Source: Mycolicibacterium smegmatis (lineage in GTDB: Bacteria; Actinomycetota; Actinomycetes; Mycobacteriales; Mycobacteriaceae). Taken from it: a DNA stretch of 32,000 nt. How positions within the stretch are numbered: position 1 is the first letter of the stretch; the number at the start of each line of letters is the position of its first letter. Under the pieces are notes generated by a model. It had not been told where the DNA came from. It was given only the letters and a program-made list of their open reading frames with translations, and did no database searches. Position numbers and translations under genes: made by a program. Positions 1 to 12,310 of the stretch are shown one piece after another. The stretch spans positions 6,570,001 to 6,602,000 of the forward strand of contig NZ_LN831039.1 in the NCBI RefSeq assembly GCF_001457595.1, written 5' to 3'.

Positions 1-98
1 CCACCCGCGTGCTGACGCGTCTGACGGCCGGGGTCGCGCCCGAGAGCACGACGGCGGCGGTCGACCAATTGCGTTCTGCCGGAGTGACGATCAGCTGA
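1..98 (+). CDS. 3' end of an unidentified CDS entering from upstream of the window
   Basis: Frame 3 is open from the window edge to TGA at 96-98 (...TAAVDQLRSAGVTIS*). About 26 of 31 third codon positions are G/C, as in the confident genes here. The fragment is too short for a family call. Confidence 0.3.
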   Translation, partial: TRVLTRLTAGVAPESTTAAVDQLRSAGVTIS

Positions 99-267
99 CC
101 CGCGGGTGATGATTGCAACACCAGCAATAGGTTTAACCTGCGGAAATCGTTGATCCGCCAGCTCACCGGCGGCCGATGCGTACCGTGGCGCGCCCACCCG
201 GGTCCGGCGGACGACGACCCGTCGTCATTGTCCGACGCACTCACGCCGATCACCGTAAGGTCGAATC

Positions 268-2412
268 GTGGACCCAAGAGTTACCGAAACCGGTTTGGAG
301 ATCTGGCGAGGCAAGGCATACCCGTTGGGCGCCACCTACGACGGCTCGGGCACCAACTTCGCGTTGTTCAGCGAGGTCGCCGAGCGCGTCGAGTTGTGCC
401 TGTTCGACGACGACGGCGACGGCGGCCTGCGCGAAACCCGCATCACGCTGCCCGAGGTCGACGGCTTCGTGTGGCACGGCTTCATCCCCAACATCGAACC
501 GGGCCAGCGCTACGGCTACCGCGTACACGGGCCGTACGATCCGGCCGCGGGCCACCGGTGCAATCCCAACAAGCTGGTACTGGACCCGTACGCCAAGGCC
601 ATCGACGGTCAGTTCGACTGGGGTCAGCCGCTGTTCTCGTACAACTTCGGCGACCCGGACAGCTGCAACGACGACGATTCGGCGCCCAACATGCCGAAGT
701 CCGTGGTGATCAACCCGTACTTCGACTGGGGCGTGGACCGTCCGCCGAGCCACGACTACGCCGACACCGTGATCTACGAGGCCCACGTCAAGGGCCTGAC
801 CCAGACGCATCCCGACATCCCGGACAACATCCGTGGCACGTACGCCGCGGTCGCGCACCCGGCCATCGTCGAACATCTGCAGAACCTGGGGATCAACGCG
901 ATCGAGTTGATGCCGGTGCACCACTTCGCCAACGATTCGACGCTCATCGACAAGGGTCTGTCGAACTACTGGGGCTACAACACGATCGGATTCCTCGCGC
1001 CGGATTCGAAGTACAGCTCGAGCCCCAACCCGGGCGGGCAGGTGCAGGAATTCAAGGCGATGGTCCGCACGCTGCACGAGGCAGGCATCGAGGTGATCCT
1101 CGACGTGGTCTACAACCACACCGCCGAAGGCAACCACATGGGCCCGACGCTGTCCTTCCGCGGCATCGACAACGCGGCGTACTACCGCCTCGTCGACGAC
1201 GACAAGCGGTACTACATGGACTACACCGGCACGGGCAACAGCCTCAACGTCGGTCATCCGCACGCGTTGCAGCTGATCATGGATTCGTTGCGCTACTGGG
1301 TGATCGAGATGCACGTCGACGGTTTCCGCTTCGACCTGGCCTCGACGCTGGCCCGTGAGTTCTACGACGTCGACCGCCTGGCGACGTTCTTCGAACTGGT
1401 GCAACAGGATCCGGTGGTCAGCCAGGTCAAGCTGATCGCCGAGCCGTGGGACGTCGGCCCGGGCGGATACCAGGTGGGCAACTTCCCGCCGCTGTGGACC
1501 GAGTGGAACGGCAAGTACCGCGACACCGTGCGCGACTACTGGCGCGGCGAGCCGGCAACGCTCGACGAGTTCGCCTCCCGGATCACCGGTTCGGCCGATC
1601 TGTACGAGCAGACCGGCAGGCGCCCGTTCGCGTCGATCAACTTCGTCATCGCCCACGACGGCTTCACGCTGCGGGACCTGGTGTCCTACAACGAGAAACA
1701 CAACGAGGCCAACGGCGAGGACAACAACGACGGCGAGAGCCACAACCGGTCGTGGAACTGCGGAGCCGAGGGTCCGACCGATGATCCGGAGGTCAACGCC
1801 CTGCGGTCGCGTCAGCAACGCAACTTCATCACGACTCTTCTGCTCTCCCAAGGTGTTCCGATGCTCGCCCACGGCGACGAACTCGGCCGTACGCAGCAGG
1901 GCAACAACAACGTCTACTGCCAGGACAGTGAGCTGTCCTGGATCGACTGGGAGAGCGCGGACACCGAACTGCTGGAGTTCACGCAGAAGGTGTCGGCACT
2001 GCGGTCCGCGCACCCGGTGTTCCGGCGCAGGCGCTTCTTCAACGGCAGACCTGTGCGGCGTCCCGGTGAGCCGCGCCTGCCCGACATCGGCTGGTATGCG
2101 CCAGACGGGTCGGAGATGACCGACGAGGACTGGGACGCCGGCTACGCCAAGTCGATGGCGGTGTATCTCAACGGCCAGGGCATCCCCGACCGTGACGAGC
2201 GCGGGCAGCGCATCGTCGACGACTCGTTCTACATGTGTTTCAACGCACACTACGAGCCCATCGAGTTCGTGCTACCGCCGTCCGATTTCGCCGAGCAGTG
2301 GGTCGAGGTGATCAACACCGCAGCCGACTGCAGCACCGACCCGATCGAGGCGGGCACGCGGGTCACGGTCGAGTCACGCGCCATGCTCGTATTGCAGGCG
2401 CACCATGATTGA
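268..2412 (+). CDS. glgX: Glycogen debranching enzyme GlgX (GH13, isoamylase type)
   Basis: 714-aa ORF with a GTG start. N-terminal 'YPLGATYDGSGTNFALFSEVAERVELCLFDDDG' resembles a CBM48-like domain. GH13 catalytic blocks are 'VILDVVYNHTAEG', 'VDGFRFDLAS', 'IAEPWD' and 'NFVIAHDGFTLRDLVSYNEKHNEANGEDNNDG'. Confidence 0.93.
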   Translation: MDPRVTETGLEIWRGKAYPLGATYDGSGTNFALFSEVAERVELCLFDDDGDGGLRETRITLPEVDGFVWHGFIPNIEPGQRYGYRVHGPYDPAAGHRCNPNKLVLDPYAKAIDGQFDWGQPLFSYNFGDPDSCNDDDSAPNMPKSVVINPYFDWGVDRPPSHDYADTVIYEAHVKGLTQTHPDIPDNIRGTYAAVAHPAIVEHLQNLGINAIELMPVHHFANDSTLIDKGLSNYWGYNTIGFLAPDSKYSSSPNPGGQVQEFKAMVRTLHEAGIEVILDVVYNHTAEGNHMGPTLSFRGIDNAAYYRLVDDDKRYYMDYTGTGNSLNVGHPHALQLIMDSLRYWVIEMHVDGFRFDLASTLAREFYDVDRLATFFELVQQDPVVSQVKLIAEPWDVGPGGYQVGNFPPLWTEWNGKYRDTVRDYWRGEPATLDEFASRITGSADLYEQTGRRPFASINFVIAHDGFTLRDLVSYNEKHNEANGEDNNDGESHNRSWNCGAEGPTDDPEVNALRSRQQRNFITTLLLSQGVPMLAHGDELGRTQQGNNNVYCQDSELSWIDWESADTELLEFTQKVSALRSAHPVFRRRRFFNGRPVRRPGEPRLPDIGWYAPDGSEMTDEDWDAGYAKSMAVYLNGQGIPDRDERGQRIVDDSFYMCFNAHYEPIEFVLPPSDFAEQWVEVINTAADCSTDPIEAGTRVTVESRAMLVLQAHHD

Positions 2413-2475
2413 CGTGCGCGTAAGTTGCTCGCGGCCCCGTTGTCGCGGGCCGTACCAGTAAGTATGGTAATTTTT

Positions 2476-2597
2476 CAGGTAGCAGCCGTGGCCGCCCTAG
2501 TAGGCGCTGAGCCACAGCTTGGTGCCACCGGCCGGGCGGGCCGGGGGTAGAAGCCGGAGAGCGGCGGCAACTACCCTGCGGCCACGGCTGCTGCCTG
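2476..2597. repeat. Long inverted repeat: 20-nt arms (19/20 complementary) around an 82-nt GC-rich spacer
   Basis: Arm 2476-2495 is 'caggtagcagccgtggccgc'. Arm 2578-2597 is 'gcggccacggctgctgcctg', whose reverse complement is 'caggcagcagccgtggccgc'. The repeat lies in the glgX-marR intergenic region. Confidence 0.7.
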
Positions 2598-2650
2598 ATT
2601 CATCGTTTGCCAAGTCAGCACCAAGATCATTTGCGGAAAACCTCTCGTCA

Positions 2651-2673
2651 AATACCTCTGTGACAGAGGTATT
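2651..2673. promoter_or_regulatory. Perfect 11-1-11 palindrome, candidate MarR operator overlapping the promoter
   Basis: 'aatacctctgt g acagaggtatt' is exactly self-complementary. It ends 9 nt before the GTG (2683) of the MarR gene. A TANNNT hexamer 'tattgt' at 2670-2675 overlaps its right arm. Confidence 0.55.
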
Positions 2674-2682
2674 GTTTTTCGT

Positions 2683-3150
2683 GTGACCGAAACGCAGCGC
2701 CCACTCGACACCGAGGTGATCGGCGACCTGGCAGGTGTCATCGGCCGGTTCCGCAGACAGCTGCGGCGCGCCACGGGAGGCGGGTTCGACGCCGCGGGGC
2801 TCACCCAGTCCCAAGGCGAACTGCTGCGCCTCGTCGGCCGCAAACCCGGCATCTCGGTGCGTGAATCCGCCGACGAGCTGAGCCTGGTCCCCAACACCGC
2901 ATCGACACTGGTGTCACGCCTGGTCGCCGACGGTCTGCTGGTCAAGACCGCCGACGAGTCGGATCGACGGGTCGGCAGGCTCTGGCTCACGCCACGGGCC
3001 CAGCGCATCGCCGACGAATCACGCGCTGCGCGCCGCGCCGCGCTCTCCGACGTCCTCGCCAAGCTCGACGACGACCAGATCGAGCACCTGGCAAAAGGTT
3101 TGGACGTCCTGGCCGAGCTGACGCGGCTGCTGCAGGAAAGGGACTCATGA
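2683..3150 (+). CDS. MarR-family transcriptional regulator
   Basis: 155 aa. Winged-HTH region 'LTQSQGELLRLVGRKPGISVRESADELSLVPNTASTLVSRLVADGLLVKTADESDRRVGRLWLTPRA'. The stop overlaps the next start (ATGA at 3147-3150). Confidence 0.85.
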   Translation: MTETQRPLDTEVIGDLAGVIGRFRRQLRRATGGGFDAAGLTQSQGELLRLVGRKPGISVRESADELSLVPNTASTLVSRLVADGLLVKTADESDRRVGRLWLTPRAQRIADESRAARRAALSDVLAKLDDDQIEHLAKGLDVLAELTRLLQERDS

Positions 3151-4016
3151 CCGACCACATGCCCGAACCGACGCTTCCCGATCGAACGCCGGCCATCGAC
3201 TGTGACGGGCTGACCCACCGCTATGGGCAGTTCACCGCGGTCGAGGACCTGACGCTGCAGGTGCGCGCAGGCGAGACCCTGGGCCTGCTCGGCCCCAACG
3301 GCGCGGGCAAGACCACCGCGGTACGGGTCCTGACGACGCTGACCCCGGTGCAGCAGGGCCGGGTGCGGATTTTCGGGCTCGATACGCGTACGCACACCAT
3401 GGACATCCGGCACAACATCGGCTATGTCCCGCAGCAGCTCTCGATCGAGGCGGCGCTGACCGGCAGGCAGAACGTCGAGTTGTTCGCGCGGCTGTACGAC
3501 GTGCCGCGGTCCGAGCGCGCAGACCGGGTGGCCGCCGCGCTCGAGGCCATGCAGTTGCTCGACGTCGCCGACACCGTCGCGGGCACGTATTCGGGCGGCA
3601 TGGTGCGCCGCCTCGAGTTGGCGCAGGCCCTGGTGAACCGGCCTCTGCTGCTGATCCTCGACGAGCCGACCGTCGGCCTGGATCCCATCGCGCGCGACAG
3701 CGTGTGGACCCAGGTGCGCGCCATGCAGGCCGAGTTCGGCATGACGGTCCTGCTCACCACGCACTACATGGGCGAGGCCGATGCGTTGTGCGACCGCGTC
3801 GCGCTCATGCACCACGGCCGGTTGCAGGCCGTCGGCTCGCCCGACGAGCTCAAGCGGGCCGTATCGAGCCAGGCATCGGACGACGCCGGGGAGACCACGC
3901 TCGAAGACGTGTTCCGCCACTACGCGGGCTCGGATCTCGAGGGCGGCGCCGATCCGCGCCGCTCCGGTCTGGGTGAGGTCCGCTCGACCAGGAGGACGGC
4001 GCGCCGTGTCAGTTGA
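3147..4016 (+). CDS. ABC transporter ATP-binding protein (DrrA-like, ABC-2 exporter type)
   Basis: Walker A 'GPNGAGKTT', signature 'YSGGMVRRLELAQAL', Walker B 'LLILDEPTVGLD', H-loop 'TTHYM'. Confidence 0.9.
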   Translation: MTDHMPEPTLPDRTPAIDCDGLTHRYGQFTAVEDLTLQVRAGETLGLLGPNGAGKTTAVRVLTTLTPVQQGRVRIFGLDTRTHTMDIRHNIGYVPQQLSIEAALTGRQNVELFARLYDVPRSERADRVAAALEAMQLLDVADTVAGTYSGGMVRRLELAQALVNRPLLLILDEPTVGLDPIARDSVWTQVRAMQAEFGMTVLLTTHYMGEADALCDRVALMHHGRLQAVGSPDELKRAVSSQASDDAGETTLEDVFRHYAGSDLEGGADPRRSGLGEVRSTRRTARRVS

Positions 4017-4809
4017 GTTGGTACGCGCGCCGCGCGGGCTGCGCCGCGTGCGCGCGGTGGCGATGCGGATGGGTGCGTTCGCGCTCGTCGAACTCCAGAA
4101 GCTGCGTCATGACCGCACCGAGTTGTTCACCCGGATGGTCCAGCCCGCGCTGTGGCTGCTGATCTTCGGGCAGACCTTCAGCCGTCTGCACGTCGTCGAC
4201 ACCGGCGGCGTGCCGTACCTGGCGTTCCTGGCGCCCGGCATCATCGCGCAGTCGGCGCTGTTCATCTCGATCTTCTACGGCATCCAGATCATCTGGGACC
4301 GCGACGCGGGCATCCTCGCCAAGCTCATGGTCACGCCCGCGCCCGCCTCGGCGCTGGTCGCAGGCAAGGCCTTCGCGGCGGGCGTGCGCTCGGTGGTGCA
4401 GGTGATCGGCGTGGTGGCGCTGGCGTACCTGATGGGTATCGCCCTGACGCTCAACCCCCTGCGCATCCTGGCCGCCATGGGTGTGGTGGTGCTCGGCGCG
4501 GCGTTCTTCGCGTGCCTGTCCATGACGCTGGCCGGGCTGGTGCGCAAGCGTGACCGGCTCATGGGCATCGGGCAGGCCATCACGATGCCGCTGTTCTTCG
4601 CGTCGAACGCGCTGTACCCGGTGGACATCATGCCGACCTGGCTGCGCTGGCTGTCGGCGGTCAACCCGCTGAGCTACGAGGTCAACGCGCTGCGCGGGCT
4701 GTTGATCGGAACGCCCACCAATTGGGTACTCGACATCACCGTGCTGGTCGCCGCCGCGGTACTCGGTGTGGTGGCCGCGTCGGCACTGCTGCGCCGCCTG
4801 GTCCGATAA
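4006..4809 (+). CDS. ABC-2 type transporter permease (DrrB-like)
   Basis: The polytopic hydrophobic protein in the frame of ORF 3781-4809 has about 6 TM segments and an 'NPLSYEVNALRGLL' C-terminal block. The start is uncertain. GTG 4006 overlaps the ATPase stop by 11 nt; the alternative is ATG 4063. Confidence 0.8.
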   Translation: MSVELVRAPRGLRRVRAVAMRMGAFALVELQKLRHDRTELFTRMVQPALWLLIFGQTFSRLHVVDTGGVPYLAFLAPGIIAQSALFISIFYGIQIIWDRDAGILAKLMVTPAPASALVAGKAFAAGVRSVVQVIGVVALAYLMGIALTLNPLRILAAMGVVVLGAAFFACLSMTLAGLVRKRDRLMGIGQAITMPLFFASNALYPVDIMPTWLRWLSAVNPLSYEVNALRGLLIGTPTNWVLDITVLVAAAVLGVVAASALLRRLVR

Positions 4810-4867
4810 CCGACCAACCAACTGGGTGGTTTAGTGTGGCAACAGATCACCGAGTAGGGAGGCAGTC

Positions 4868-6025
<1,158 letters not shown>

Positions 6026-6033
6026 GTTGAGCC

Positions 6034-7143
6034 ATGGACTTTCAGTTAACCGAAGAGCAGACCCTGCTGGCCGACACCACGCGTGACCTGCTGTCGAGCT
6101 ATGACACCGAGACCCGCAACAAGGTGATCGCCTCCGACCCCGGTCACAAGCCCGAGGTGTGGAATCAGCTCGCCGAGATCGGCATCCTGGGACTGGGATT
6201 CGACGAGGATTCCGGTGGCCAGCTCGAGATCATGGTGGTGCTCAACGAGATCGGCCGCCGCCTTGCGCCCGAGCCGGTTCTGCACGGCGCGCTCGCCCCG
6301 GGCGCGATCATCGCCGAGCGTGGCACCGACGCGCAGCGCGCGCTGCTCGACGAGGTCGCAAGCGGGCAGCGGATCCTCGCGTTCGCCCATCTCGAGCCGG
6401 GTGTGCGCGACGCCGCGGCCACCCCGACCGTGACGGCCACGCGAGACGGTGATGCCTGGACGCTCAACGGGACCAAGAACCCGGTGCTGGCCGGCGACGC
6501 CGCCAACACCCTCGTGGTCAGCGCCGCGCTGCCTGACGGCGGCGCCGGGCTGTTCCTGGTCGACGCCGGCGCATCGGGCGTGTCACGCAAGCCGTTCCGC
6601 ACGTTCGACGGTGCGCGCGGCGCGCAGATCGAGTTGAGCGCCGCACCGGCCGAACCGCTCGGTGACGCCACCGACGCTTCGGAGACCATCTCCCGTGCAC
6701 TGGTGCGTATCTCGGCCGGGCTGGCCGCAGAGGCGCTGGGCGCCATGGAGGAGGCTCTGCGGCTGACGACGGACTACCTCAAGTCCCGCAAGCAGTTCGG
6801 CGTCACGCTCAGCAAGTTCCAGACACTCACGCAGCGCGCCGCCGACATGTACGTGTCGCTCGAGCTCGCGCGCAGCATGGCGTTCTACGCGTCGATGTCC
6901 ATCGCCGACGGCGAGTTCGACCCGGTGAAGGCCGCACGGGCCAAGCTGCAGATCGGCCGGTCCGGCAGGCACATCGCGCAGGAGTCGATCCAGCTGCACG
7001 GCGGTATCGGCATCACCGCGGAGTACCCGGTCGGCCACTACGCAGCGCGGCTCACCGCGATCGAGCACACGCTGGGCTCGGCGCAGGATCAGCTGCGCAC
7101 GCTGGCCGGTCAGCTCGACAGCTACGAGATCGTTTCGCTGTAG
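6034..7143 (+). CDS. Acyl-CoA dehydrogenase family protein (candidate beta subunit)
   Basis: 369 aa, starting 8 nt after the previous stop. ACAD C-terminal domain blocks 'YLKSRKQFGVTLSKFQTLTQRAADM' and 'IQLHGGIGITAEYPVGHY'. Confidence 0.88.
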   Translation: MDFQLTEEQTLLADTTRDLLSSYDTETRNKVIASDPGHKPEVWNQLAEIGILGLGFDEDSGGQLEIMVVLNEIGRRLAPEPVLHGALAPGAIIAERGTDAQRALLDEVASGQRILAFAHLEPGVRDAAATPTVTATRDGDAWTLNGTKNPVLAGDAANTLVVSAALPDGGAGLFLVDAGASGVSRKPFRTFDGARGAQIELSAAPAEPLGDATDASETISRALVRISAGLAAEALGAMEEALRLTTDYLKSRKQFGVTLSKFQTLTQRAADMYVSLELARSMAFYASMSIADGEFDPVKAARAKLQIGRSGRHIAQESIQLHGGIGITAEYPVGHYAARLTAIEHTLGSAQDQLRTLAGQLDSYEIVSL

Positions 7144-7163
7144 TCCTCCCGCGGCAAGGGGAA

Positions 7164-9155
7164 TCAGGCCCTGACGCCGATCCACCGCTCGCGGTGTTGC
7201 GGTGGCCGCGGTGCGTGCACCGTGCGGCGGACCGCCAGACGTTCGGTCTCCGGCTCACCCTGCACCGCGGGCGTGCCCGCACCGGGGCGTGGGGTGCCGC
7301 CCAGCCTCTCCAGGTAGCCGATCAGCGCTGCGACGTCCCCGTCCTCCCAGTCGGCGACGGCCCGCCCGAGACCCTGCACGTGTTGCGCGCGCTGCTGTTC
7401 CAGGCGTTCGTGGCCGTAGCGGGTGAGCGAAAAGACCGGTGCCAGGCCCGCTCTGGCGTCGGCACGCACCAGCGCGTCACGCACCAGCCGGGTCAGCTGC
7501 CTGCCGGTCTCGGCGCGGTCCGCGCCGACCGCGAGATCGTCCAGCGATGCCCGTCCGGCGGCGTCGATCCGGCTCATGACGAGATACGCGGGCCGGTCCA
7601 GCCAGCGTCTTCCCCCGACCCTGTGCATCGAGGTCAACGCGGCTTCGAGGTCACGTACCTGCTGCTGTGACGGGGCGGTCGCCGGAGACGGGGCAGACAC
7701 GGCCAACGACACTGTGGCGGGCTCGTTCTCGTCACACGCCGTTGCGCGTACTGAGCCGACTCGCGGGATCGCCAGGGCGATGAGCGCGGCACCCGCCGCC
7801 GCGCCCGCGGCGATGAACAACGCGGTGCGGAAGCCGTCGAGGGACGGCAGCACGTGACCCGCGAGGGTCACGGTCATCTGCGCGAGAACCGCGCTCATGA
7901 CCGCACTCGACGTCGAGGTGCCCAGTGACCGCGCGAGCGTGTTGATCCCGTTGGCGGCCGCGGTTTCCGACACCGGCACCGCGGCGTTGATCAGGGCGGG
8001 CATGGCCGCGAACGCGAATCCGACGCCGCTGCTGACGACGAGACTGAACACCAGCACACCCACCGGGCTGCCCAGCAGTTGTGTGCCCAGCAGATAACCC
8101 GTCGCGATCACCGCGCTGCCGACGATGAGCGCGAACTTGGGTCCGCGTGCGGCGACCACGCGCGCAGCCAGCGGTGCGGCCACCATCATGGCCAGGCCAC
8201 CGGGCGCCATCCACAAGCCCGCGGCAATCATGCTCTGCCCCAGGCCGTATCCGGTCTCCGACGGCATCTGCAGCAGCTGCGGCCCGACCAGGCTCATCGC
8301 GAACATGCCGAAGCCCACGGCGATCGAGGCCAGGTTGGTCAGCAGCACCGGGCGCCGCAGCGTGGTCCGCACATCGACGATCGGCGACGGCGCGCGGTAC
8401 TGCCACCAGCCGAACACCGCGAACGTGACGACGGCGCCGGCGAACAGGCCGAGCGTCGTCGTGCTGCCCCAACCCCACGTGGCGCCCTTGGAGATCGGGA
8501 GCAACAGCATCACGAGCCCGGCCGCCAGGGTGAGCGCGCCGAACGGATCGAACCGCCCGCCGGACACCGGCGGGATGTCGGGGACCAGGAACACGAACAG
8601 CAGTACCGAGGCCAGGCCGAGCGCGGCCGCACACCAGAACAGCGCGTGCCAGTCGAAGTGCTGGGCGATCACGGCCGACAACGGCAACCCGAGGGCGCCG
8701 CCCACGCCCAGCGATGCGCTCATCAGTCCCATGGCGGCACCGACGCGTTCGGCGGGCAGGGACGCGCGCAGCACGCTGATTCCGAGTGGGATGACCGGCG
8801 CGCCGAAACCCTGCAGGGCCCGGCCGATGATCAGCGGGATCAGTGACGTCGTGGTCGCGGCGACGACGGATCCGGCGACCAGCAGTGCGGCACACACGAT
8901 CAGGATCCGTTTGGGGCCGTACATGTCCCCGAGCCTGCCCAGCACCGGTGTCGCCACCGCTCCGGTGAGCAGTGTCGCGGTGATGGCCCATGATGCGTTG
9001 GCGGGGCTGGTCGACAACAGCGTGGGAAGCTGCGGGATGAGCGGGATCACCAGCGTCTGCATGAGCGAGACGCTGATACCCGCGCCGGCCAGCGCGGCGA
9101 CCAGGAACCCGGCTTTCGCAGGGCGCCCAACGCCGACGGCTTTACGATTAGGCAT
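7164..9155 (-). CDS. DHA2 (EmrB/QacA-type) 14-TM MFS transporter with a fused C-terminal MarR-like winged-helix extension
   Basis: Continuous ORF. MFS motif 'GRLGDMYGPKRIL' and about 14 hydrophobic segments up to ORF residue ~470. A linker follows, then 'YLVMSRIDAAGRASLDDLAVGADRAETGRQLTRLVRDALVRADARAGLAPVFSLTRYGHERLEQ...VAALIGYLERL' (nt ~7299-7658). ATG 9155 is preferred over the TTG at 9164. Confidence 0.85.
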   Translation of the reverse strand: MPNRKAVGVGRPAKAGFLVAALAGAGISVSLMQTLVIPLIPQLPTLLSTSPANASWAITATLLTGAVATPVLGRLGDMYGPKRILIVCAALLVAGSVVAATTTSLIPLIIGRALQGFGAPVIPLGISVLRASLPAERVGAAMGLMSASLGVGGALGLPLSAVIAQHFDWHALFWCAAALGLASVLLFVFLVPDIPPVSGGRFDPFGALTLAAGLVMLLLPISKGATWGWGSTTTLGLFAGAVVTFAVFGWWQYRAPSPIVDVRTTLRRPVLLTNLASIAVGFGMFAMSLVGPQLLQMPSETGYGLGQSMIAAGLWMAPGGLAMMVAAPLAARVVAARGPKFALIVGSAVIATGYLLGTQLLGSPVGVLVFSLVVSSGVGFAFAAMPALINAAVPVSETAAANGINTLARSLGTSTSSAVMSAVLAQMTVTLAGHVLPSLDGFRTALFIAAGAAAGAALIALAIPRVGSVRATACDENEPATVSLAVSAPSPATAPSQQQVRDLEAALTSMHRVGGRRWLDRPAYLVMSRIDAAGRASLDDLAVGADRAETGRQLTRLVRDALVRADARAGLAPVFSLTRYGHERLEQQRAQHVQGLGRAVADWEDGDVAALIGYLERLGGTPRPGAGTPAVQGEPETERLAVRRTVHAPRPPQHRERWIGVRA

Positions 9156-9206
9156 ACTAATCAAAGTAAATGAATAGCGTGCCTATGTAAAATTTGGTGG
9201 CGGTTC

Positions 9207-10528
9207 TCACTCCAGAAGACGTGCGATGGAGCCCAGAGGGATGGGCAGCCAGCTCGGGCGGTGCCGCGCCTCGTACGCGGCCTCGTAGACCGCCTTGTCC
9301 AGTTCGTAGGCCGCCAGCAGGTCGGCGCTGTCACGCGGATCGGTCCCGGCCTCGGCGGCGTACCCGTCGCAGAACGACGCACAGTTGCGCGTCACCCATT
9401 CCCGGGCCCGTGCCGCGAGCTGACGGGCGCGGTCGTCGTCGTCACCGGCCTGATCCACCAATCGCTGGTGCGCCGCGTACTCGAACGACCTCAGGATGCC
9501 CGCGACGTCACGCACCGGGGTGTCCGGGCGGCGACGCTCGTCGAGCGGCTGGCCCGGTTCACCCTCGAAGTCGATCAGCAACCAGCCTTTGGGTGTGCGC
9601 AGCACCTGCCCGAGATGCAGGTCGCCGTGCACGCGCTGCACGGTCATCGTCGTGTCCGCGAGCTTGTGATAGCGCTCCTCGATCTGCGGAACATGTTCGC
9701 GCAGTTCGGGAACCGCGTCGACGGCGGCGGCGAGGCGCTGCGCCATGACGTCGGCGGGGAACGGCACCTCCTCGGTACCGAGTTCGTGTGCCAGGCAGGC
9801 GTGCACCGATGCGACGGCCTCACCGAGCCGGTAGGCCTCGCCGGCGAAGTCCCCGCCCACCTCCTCGGCGTACAGGTCACCCTCGGCGAACAGGTCGCGC
9901 GTGCTGGTGGTCGCCATGTCCCAGCCCTCGGCGGAGTTCGCGGCGAACTCGGTGACCATGCCCAACGCGTAAGGCTCGCCCTCCCATTCGGTTTCGAACG
10001 AGCCGAGGAGCCTGGCGACGTGCGGGTTGCCTGCCCGGGCCAGGACCCGGTTGAGTTCGATGTCGGGGTGCACACCGGGCGTGATGCGCCGGAAGAGCTT
10101 GAAGATGGCGTCCTCGCCGAAGACCACGCTGGTGTTGCTCTGTTCGGCACCGAAGACCCGCGGCGGCGCGTCGAGCGGCAGTTCGACGTCGGGTTCGCGG
10201 ACGAACCGCACGTTCTGCACGGTCGCCGATTCGTCGATCAGCGACAACAGGTATCGCGTGGCGTCGGGGTCGTAGAGCGCGTCGTACGCGGTCTGCCCGT
10301 CGGCGATGCCGATCGTGGCGACCACGCTGTACTCGTCGATCGGTCCGCTTCCGGTCGCGACGATCACCTGGTAACGCTCATCGGGACCGCCGGCGTAATT
10401 CGCCTGCAGCAGCACCAGTTCCAGCCCGTCGCGCAGCGGCACCGCCATTGCGGTTGTGGCCGAGACCAATTCACGGTTACGTCCGGCGTACCAGCGCTGC
10501 TGGGTCAGCCAGTCCTCGAATTCGACAC

Positions 10529-10532
<4 letters not shown>
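9207..10532 (-). CDS. pep2: Maltokinase Pep2/Mak (maltose to maltose-1-phosphate)
   Basis: Starts '[20 protein letters not shown]'. Kinase catalytic loop '[12 protein letters not shown]' and 'LIDFEGEP'. ATG 10532-10530 overlaps the treS stop (ATGA). The upstream part of the tracked ORF (to 10730) lies inside treS and is not used. Confidence 0.9.

Positions 10533-12310
<1,778 letters not shown>

Noticed and set aside
150-2250. Long ORFs overlapping glgX in other frames or on the other strand (150-1358 +, 250-2250 -)
   Set aside because: The translations are Arg/Pro/Gly/Val-rich with no recognisable motifs. This is the usual off-frame and antisense open-frame artefact of about 68% GC DNA, and glgX explains the region.
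2428-2475. Possible intrinsic terminator after glgX (CGGCCC-n9-GGGCCG followed 18 nt later by a T5 run)
   Set aside because: The stem is only 6 bp with a 9-nt loop, and the T-run is not adjacent. This is too weak to call.
2497-2814. 105-aa minus-strand ORF across the inverted-repeat element and the MarR start
   Set aside because: It has no RBS or motifs, overlaps the MarR gene and palindrome, and has low GC3. The inverted-repeat structure explains the region better.
7732-9177. 419-aa and 350-aa ORFs overlapping the MFS gene (7732-8991 -, 8125-9177 +)
   Set aside because: They have an Arg/Pro-rich, off-frame composition. The MFS frame has clear TM periodicity and family motifs.
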